A model generated the notes under the pieces. It ran no database searches. It was not told the origin of the DNA and was given only the letters and a program-made list of their open reading frames with translations. Shown here one piece after another: positions 26,849-32,000 of a DNA stretch of 32,000 nucleotides; within the stretch, counting starts at the first letter, position 1; each line of letters opens with the position of its first letter. The DNA lies in assembly GCF_000619845.1 (NCBI RefSeq), contig NZ_JHUX01000003.1, positions 1,090,064 through 1,122,063 of the forward strand, written 5' to 3'. Position numbers and translations under genes: made by a program. Source of the DNA: Alkanindiges illinoisensis DSM 15370 (lineage in GTDB: Bacteria > Pseudomonadota > Gammaproteobacteria > Pseudomonadales > Moraxellaceae).

Positions 26849-27145
26849 ATGATCAAAGAACTAATAGAAAAAGCAAAATTTAGCTTGGGAAGCTATGAAA
26901 AATTAGCAGAAGCGACAGGCGTAAGACCGTCTGTAGTATCGGAATGGAAAGCAGGAAAAAGAAAGCCTGATGCTTTTAAAATTTGTTATATGGCTGAAAT
27001 TGCTGGATTAAATCCGTTAGATACACTTGCAGAAGTACAAGCAGAAATTGATAAAGACAATTCTTCTTATTGGAATAAATGGCGCGCCCGGCGGGATTCG
27101 AACCCACGACCCCTGCCTTCGGAGGGCAGTACTCTATCCAGCTGA
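26849..27145 (+). CDS. Cro/CI-type HTH regulator whose 3' end crosses attR into the antisense of tRNA-Arg
   Basis: HTH segment [26 protein letters not shown]. The frame has no stop before the tRNA and ends at 27143-27145. The track start at 26801 lies inside the inverted repeat, so the ATG at 26849 is preferred. Confidence 0.75.
   Translation: MIKELIEKAKFSLGSYEKLAEATGVRPSVVSEWKAGKRKPDAFKICYMAEIAGLNPLDTLAEVQAEIDKDNSSYWNKWRARRDSNPRPLPSEGSTLSS
27059..27124. repeat. attR: 66-bp perfect direct repeat
   Basis: Identical to 19366-19431. Here it is part of the complete tRNA-Arg. Confidence 0.85.
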
Positions 27146-27156
27146 GCTACGGGCGC
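27080..27156 (-). tRNA. tRNA-Arg (CCG)
   Basis: The reverse complement folds by hand: acceptor gcgcccg/cgggcgc, anticodon loop ctCCGaa, T-loop ttcgaat, encoded CCA. Confidence 0.95.
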
Positions 27157-27168
27157 ATAAGGCGAGAC

Positions 27169-27197
27169 ATCATAGGCAAAAAACTAGCGCGGGTAAA
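27169..27197 (-). promoter_or_regulatory. candidate sigma70 promoter of tRNA-Arg
   Basis: On the minus strand, TTTACC-N17-TATGAT ends 12 nt upstream of the tRNA 5' end. Confidence 0.45.
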
Positions 27198-27380
27198 GCA
27201 TTGCTTTTTTAACTGCTAGTTTTCTGTGCAATTTCTTATCAGTAATCTGCCAAACTATAACGCCTGCTCAATAAGTTGCAACGCAGCGTTCATAAAATAC
27301 AACCGGATAAGACTTGGCTTTTTTGACAATATTCCCGACAATAGGTGCCCTGTGCTTAACCAGTCATTTGAGAGAATTCC

Positions 27381-28349
27381 ATGACCGATGCTTTAGTGTT
27401 AAAGCAGCTCACCAAAACCTATAAAAACGGGTTCCAGGCATTAAAAGGTATTGATCTCACCGTCAGTGAAGGTGATTTTTACGCACTGCTTGGGCCAAAT
27501 GGTGCGGGCAAATCCACCACCATCAGCATTATTAGCTCCCTTACCCGAAAATCTTCGGGTCATGTTGAAATATTTGGCCATGATTTAGATAGCCATCCGT
27601 CACAGGCCAAACAATGTCTGGGTGTGGTGCCGCAGGAATTTAACTTTGGCCAGTTTGAGAAAGTCTTTGATATTCTGGTCACGCAAGCCGGTTATTACGG
27701 TATCCCCAAAAAAGAAGCACAAATTCGTGCAGAAAAATATTTAAATAAGCTGGGTCTGTGGGAAAAGCGCAATGTACAGTCGCGCCTGCTCTCCGGGGGC
27801 ATGAAGCGTCGCCTGATGATTGCACGTGCCATGATTCATGAGCCACGCCTGCTGATTCTGGATGAACCAACTGCGGGTGTGGATATTGAACTGCGCCGTT
27901 CCATGTGGGAATTTTTAACCGAAATCAATAATCAGGGCACTTCCATTATTCTAACCACGCATTATCTGGAAGAAGCGGAAATGCTGTGTCGCCGTATTGC
28001 CATTATTGATAAAGGCGTGATCAAGGAAGACACTGACATTAAAACGCTGCTGAGCCAGTTATCAGTAGAAACGTTTGTACTGGATTTAAAGCAGCCCGTC
28101 ACCAGTTGGCCTGCGCTAAATGTACAGGGCGTACATTTCCGGCAGGTTGATCCTTTAACGGTGGAAGTTAGTATTGATAAAGGTCTGGCACTAAATGATG
28201 TGTTTGCCCTGCTGGCAAGCCATGACATTGTGGTGACAAGTATGCGTAATAAGTCCAATCGGTTGGAAGAATTATTTATTCATATGGTTGAAAAAAACCT
28301 AGACGATCAAAATGTAGGTGGTCAAAAGCCTGCTGGAGCACAAGCATGA
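27381..28349 (+). CDS. yadG: ABC transporter ATP-binding protein (ABC-2 type)
   Basis: Walker A GPNGAGKST, signature LSGGMKRRL, Walker B LLILDEPT. Its stop overlaps the permease start (ATGA). Confidence 0.9.
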   Translation: MTDALVLKQLTKTYKNGFQALKGIDLTVSEGDFYALLGPNGAGKSTTISIISSLTRKSSGHVEIFGHDLDSHPSQAKQCLGVVPQEFNFGQFEKVFDILVTQAGYYGIPKKEAQIRAEKYLNKLGLWEKRNVQSRLLSGGMKRRLMIARAMIHEPRLLILDEPTAGVDIELRRSMWEFLTEINNQGTSIILTTHYLEEAEMLCRRIAIIDKGVIKEDTDIKTLLSQLSVETFVLDLKQPVTSWPALNVQGVHFRQVDPLTVEVSIDKGLALNDVFALLASHDIVVTSMRNKSNRLEELFIHMVEKNLDDQNVGGQKPAGAQA

Positions 28350-29119
28350 ATGTCCAGCAATTGAAAATCGCTTTAAATACATTAGTTACCAAAGAAATTC
28401 GCCGCTTTATGCGCATTTGGCCACAAACCCTGCTGCCGCCTGCCATTACCATGAGCCTGTATTTTGTGATTTTTGGCAATCTGGTCGGGTCTCGCATTGG
28501 GCAAATGAATGGCTATAGCTACATGCAGTTCATTGTGCCCGGTTTAATCATGATGGCAGTGATTACCAACAGTTATTCCAATGTGGTGTCGAGTTTCTTT
28601 AGTGTGAAATTCCAGCGCAGTATTGAAGAGCTGATTGCCAGCCCGGTGCCGCATCATATTATTCTGATTGGCTATGTGATTGGCGGCGTTACCCGTGGTT
28701 TGCTAGTAGGTTTTATTGTAACCCTGCTCTCGCTATTTTTTACCGAGCTGTCCATTCATCATGCATTTGTCATGATCTTTACTGTTCTGGTCACCGCAGT
28801 ACTGTTTTCTCTGGGCGGCTTTATCAATGCAGTATATGCCCGCTCATTTGATGATATCTCCATTGTGCCGACTTTTGTGCTCACGCCTTTAACCTATCTA
28901 GGTGGTGTTTTTTACTCCATGGATCAGCTTGGGCCATTCTGGCAAAAGCTCTCCCTGCTAAACCCTATCGTTTATATGGTCAATGCTTTCCGATACGGCA
29001 TTTTAGGCGCCAGTGATGTCAACGTCTGGGCATCATTGGCTGCCATTAGCATCTTTTGTATTGCACTGTATGCATTTGCCTATCGCCTGCTGGCTCGCGG
29101 TACAGGTATGCGTGAATAA
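28346..29119 (+). CDS. yadH: ABC-2 transporter permease
   Basis: 257-aa protein with 6 TM helices. The N-terminus KEIRRFMRIWPQTLLPPAITMSLYFVIFGNLVGSRIG resembles E. coli YadH as I remember it. Confidence 0.88.
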   Translation: MNVQQLKIALNTLVTKEIRRFMRIWPQTLLPPAITMSLYFVIFGNLVGSRIGQMNGYSYMQFIVPGLIMMAVITNSYSNVVSSFFSVKFQRSIEELIASPVPHHIILIGYVIGGVTRGLLVGFIVTLLSLFFTELSIHHAFVMIFTVLVTAVLFSLGGFINAVYARSFDDISIVPTFVLTPLTYLGGVFYSMDQLGPFWQKLSLLNPIVYMVNAFRYGILGASDVNVWASLAAISIFCIALYAFAYRLLARGTGMRE

Positions 29120-29176
29120 GTAGTAATGCAGAAATCATCACGATTTAAATATTGATTACACAGTATTGGTTAAAAC

Positions 29177-29995
29177 ATGAGTGTTGAACAATCGCTGCTG
29201 GGTCAAACCACCAGCTACCCCACAGAATATGCGCCTGACATTCTGTTTCCCATAGCACGCGCGGCGTCAAGACAGGCCTATGCCCAGATTAACGGCATTG
29301 CTCAGGGCATGGACTGGTGGCATGCCTTTGAGCTGTCCTGGCTGGATCTGGAAAATAAGCCGCAGGTTGCTATTGGGCGGCTGCATATTCCGGCGAGTTC
29401 AGAATTTTTAATTGAATCCAAGTCACTAAAGCTATATTTCAATAGCCTGAACTTTAAAAATTTTGCATCCACTCAGGCCTTTGTTGACTGTGTAGAACAG
29501 GATCTTAGCCGTGCAGCCAATGCCTCAGTAAGACTTGAGCTGTATGATGCTGATGCACTTCAGGTGAGTCAACCCACCGGATTTTGTCTTGACCAGCTGA
29601 CCCCAAACGGGTCTAGTTCGCATCCCGACAGTAGCCTGCTCAAGCTGGAACAGATAGCAGATCAGCAAGTAATTGAAACCAGTCTATATTCGCACTTGTT
29701 AAGAAGTAACTGCCCAGTCACTGGACAACCCGACTGGGGCACACTTTTTATCAGATATGAGGGAATTAAGCCTTGTTATTCAAGCCTGCTCGCTTATATT
29801 ATCTCGTACCGCCAGCACAGCGGATTTCATGAGCAATGTGTTGAGCAGATTTTTGCGGACATCTGGCAACAATTGCAACCTGAGCGTTTAATGGTGTATG
29901 CCGCCTACACACGGCGTGGTGGTCTGGATATTAATCCATGCCGCGTGTCTGACCCAGCCTGGCTACCCTCACCCATTCGTTTAGCCCGACAATAA
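29177..29995 (+). CDS. queF: NADPH-dependent 7-cyano-7-deazaguanine (preQ0) reductase, two-domain type
   Basis: QueF motif ESKSLKLYFNS and catalytic-Cys region SNCPVTGQPDWG. The 272-aa length fits bimodular QueF. Confidence 0.92.
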   Translation: MSVEQSLLGQTTSYPTEYAPDILFPIARAASRQAYAQINGIAQGMDWWHAFELSWLDLENKPQVAIGRLHIPASSEFLIESKSLKLYFNSLNFKNFASTQAFVDCVEQDLSRAANASVRLELYDADALQVSQPTGFCLDQLTPNGSSSHPDSSLLKLEQIADQQVIETSLYSHLLRSNCPVTGQPDWGTLFIRYEGIKPCYSSLLAYIISYRQHSGFHEQCVEQIFADIWQQLQPERLMVYAAYTRRGGLDINPCRVSDPAWLPSPIRLARQ

Positions 29996-30031
29996 TTTTT
30001 ATTTCTGTATTGATATTTTTAGGAGATTTTT

Positions 30032-30691
30032 ATGGCAAGTTATTTTGGCATTATCCCATCTGATGAGCTTAAAAGTGATATTAATCTGGCCAAGTCCAAT
30101 CGGGGCAGCAGCGAGCCACAATATCCTTTACGCGATAAAATCTCTTTAAAACTAAATGATGAGTTAATTGATAATCTGCTGGTTAAGCTGGTTCAGCAAT
30201 TTCCGGCCAGCGAAAAGCGCGATACAGCCGAAAAACTGGCTGGTTATGTACGCAGTACGGTCAGTGTTTTACTCAAGCAATTATTAGGTAAGGCGCCTAA
30301 TGAGCAGGTATTAAAATCACTGGAATTTCTGGAAAGCAGCAGTTTTGTTGACAATGCAGGCAATAGCCGTATTGGCGCAGCACTACCTGATGATCTGGTA
30401 AACCAGCTTAAAGCCTCTTTTGCTGCCGTACATGCGGGTGAAGGCAAACAGCAGCGCGCTGCACTGACGACGCAGTTCAAACTGTTTGCTGACCAGATCA
30501 TTAAGCATTTTATGACTGACTATAACAAGACACTGGATCTGGGTCTGATCAAGCGCAAAGCTGCTGAACTGGCAACCAGTGCAGTGGGCAAAGCCGTGCA
30601 TATTGCGATTGACAAGCTGATTCCTGCCCTAAATCAGGCCGAGCTTGAAGCTGTTGCAACTCACTTTGACAGCCTACTGGTACAAAAGTAA
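30032..30691 (+). CDS. hypothetical helical protein
   Basis: 219-aa ORF with AGGAG upstream and a terminator downstream. No recognisable motif. Confidence 0.6.
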   Translation: MASYFGIIPSDELKSDINLAKSNRGSSEPQYPLRDKISLKLNDELIDNLLVKLVQQFPASEKRDTAEKLAGYVRSTVSVLLKQLLGKAPNEQVLKSLEFLESSSFVDNAGNSRIGAALPDDLVNQLKASFAAVHAGEGKQQRAALTTQFKLFADQIIKHFMTDYNKTLDLGLIKRKAAELATSAVGKAVHIAIDKLIPALNQAELEAVATHFDSLLVQK

Positions 30692-30720
30692 TTTGCTGTA
30701 AAACTCATCTGCAATACCTG

Positions 30721-30746
30721 AGCCTGGCGATTGCTGGGCTTTTTTA
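30721..30746 (+). terminator. rho-independent terminator
   Basis: Stem agcctggc/gctgggct (two G-U pairs) followed by T6. Confidence 0.6.
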
Positions 30747-30898
30747 TGCCTGGTCTTAGGTCTGGCTTAAATCTCATGCATAAATCAATAAGGCAGTTTT
30801 TTCAGGCCATGCCAGTTCTATGTTAAGATTTGGCTTCAAATTCCCCTCCTGGCTTTTTTCTTCTTTGTGGTTTTACTTCTTCGTGGTTCTACTTGTTC

Positions 30899-32000
30899 AT
30901 GGCTGAAAATCCGCAGTACCGCTTTTTACGTTATGCCCCGCGTGATGGCAGCAATATGCAGCTTAGTCCCACTCGCTGGGAACGCATCCATGTTGATCCA
31001 TGGCTCACTGGCCTGTTCCTGTTAATCGCCAGCATGGGGCTGGTAGTGCTCTACAGTGCCTCTGCACAGGACACCGGGCTGGTAATTCGCCAGTTAGTCA
31101 GTTTCATTATCGGTTTTGTGGTGATGCTGGTGATGGCACAAGTGCCACCCAAGATTTATCAGGCATTTTCACCCTGGTTTTATGCCAGTGGCCTGGTGCT
31201 ACTTGTTGGCGTGATGGTTTTTGGTGAAGTACGCATGGGTGCACAGCGCTGGCTGGATATTCCAGGTTTTGGCAGTGTGCAGCCGTCCGAGTTTATGAAG
31301 CTGGCCATGCCAATGATGACGGCCTGGTTTTTATCAGCCAGACCCTTACCACCTACGTTTAAGGCTGTCGTCGTGACCTTGATGCTCATTGGCATCCCGG
31401 TGCTATTAATTGCCGAGCAGCCCGATTTGGGGACTTCTCTGCTGGTGATGGCAAGCGGCATGTTTGTGCTGTTTTTAAGTGGCTTGCGCTGGTGGATGAT
31501 TGGCGCTTGTGTCGGGGCGATTGCAGCCATTATTCCACTGGCATGGTTTTTTCTGTTGCATGACTATCAAAAGCAGCGTGTGCTTACCCTGTTTGATCCT
31601 GAAGCAGATGCCTTGGGCACAGGCTGGAATATTATCCAGTCCAAAACTGCGATTGGTTCGGGTGGCATCTTTGGCAAAGGTTATTTAAATGGTACTCAGT
31701 CCCATTTGCATTTTTTACCCGAAGGCCATACCGATTTTATCATTGCCGCGTTTTCTGAAGAATTTGGCTTAATGGGGGTTGCCATATTAATGACCCTATA
31801 TTGCTGCATTATTTTCAGGGCCTTTCAGATTGCCTTTCGCAGTAATCACAATTATGGCCGCTTGCTGGCTGGCGCAATTGGCCTTTCCTTTTTTGTGTAT
31901 GTATTTGTCAACGCTGGCATGGTCAGTGGCATTTTACCAGTGGTTGGCGTACCTTTACCGTTTATGAGCTATGGGGGAACTGCCATTATCACCCTGATGG
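30899..32000 (+). CDS. rodA: SEDS-family peptidoglycan glycosyltransferase RodA, 3' end beyond the window
   Basis: Hand-translated; it is absent from the track because no stop falls in the window. It contains ...VDPWLTGLFLLIASMGLVVLYSAS...QPSEFMKLAMP...GTGWNIIQSKTAIGSGGIFGKGY...PEGHTDFIIAAFSEEFG...PLPFMSYGGTA. The ATG at 30956 (MQLSPT) is an alternative start. Confidence 0.9.
   Translation, partial: MAENPQYRFLRYAPRDGSNMQLSPTRWERIHVDPWLTGLFLLIASMGLVVLYSASAQDTGLVIRQLVSFIIGFVVMLVMAQVPPKIYQAFSPWFYASGLVLLVGVMVFGEVRMGAQRWLDIPGFGSVQPSEFMKLAMPMMTAWFLSARPLPPTFKAVVVTLMLIGIPVLLIAEQPDLGTSLLVMASGMFVLFLSGLRWWMIGACVGAIAAIIPLAWFFLLHDYQKQRVLTLFDPEADALGTGWNIIQSKTAIGSGGIFGKGYLNGTQSHLHFLPEGHTDFIIAAFSEEFGLMGVAILMTLYCCIIFRAFQIAFRSNHNYGRLLAGAIGLSFFVYVFVNAGMVSGILPVVGVPLPFMSYGGTAIITLM

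Larger units (their letters stand above)
19366..27124. mobile_element. integrated filamentous (Inoviridae-like) prophage, ~7.7 kb
   Basis: att repeats, a tyrosine integrase and a full filamentous-phage core (Rep, ssDNA-binding-like, coat, pIII-like, pVI-like, Zot), with overlapping start/stop codons throughout. Confidence 0.85.

Noticed and set aside
27027-27212. 61-aa plus-strand ORF
   Set aside because: It lies across tRNA-Arg and its promoter, so it is an artefact of the tRNA sequence.
31000-31530. Track ORFs 31000..31227 (+) and 31180..31530 (-)
   Set aside because: Both lie inside the rodA coding frame, which is open from 30899 to the window end and was missed by the track because it has no stop.

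Overview
Chromosomal window from a Gram-negative genome, probably gammaproteobacterial (Moraxellaceae/Acinetobacter-like); that assignment is inference from gene content only. The housekeeping backbone is: SAM-methyltransferase, proB, obgE, long-form gap, a Blc-like lipocalin, uvrB, a MarC-family protein, an alpha/beta hydrolase, a class-I aminotransferase, two tRNA-Asn, an SDR, and a GAF/degenerate-GGDEF protein. To the right of the island lie a yadG/yadH-like ABC-2 pair, queF, a hypothetical, and rodA, which runs off the window and is missing from the ORF track. The accessory region spans about 13.7-27.2 kb. Its main feature is a 7,693-bp integrase-carrying filamentous (inovirus-like) prophage inserted in tRNA-Arg(CCG) and bounded by 66-bp perfect direct repeats (19366-19431 / 27059-27124). 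Its gene order is int, zot/pI, pVI/Ace-like, pIII-like, major coat, small ORFs, ssDNA-binding-like, Rep_trans-like Rep, then a membrane-anchored DUF2726 nuclease-like protein and an HTH regulator on the other strand. The HTH reading frame crosses the att core, so integration changes its predicted C-terminus. Left of attL is a decayed second phage: a diverged HTH tail, an amber-interrupted ORF and a degenerate DUF2726-like ORF. Beside a duplicated tRNA-Asn sits a two-gene module, a DUF2726 paralog convergent with an orphan Zot C-terminal (pXI-like) protein. The recurrent DUF2726 cargo and the att-spanning regulator are the most promising undescribed biology. No CRISPR array, rRNA or IS element was seen. 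All calls come from reading the sequence and ORF translations; no database search was run.
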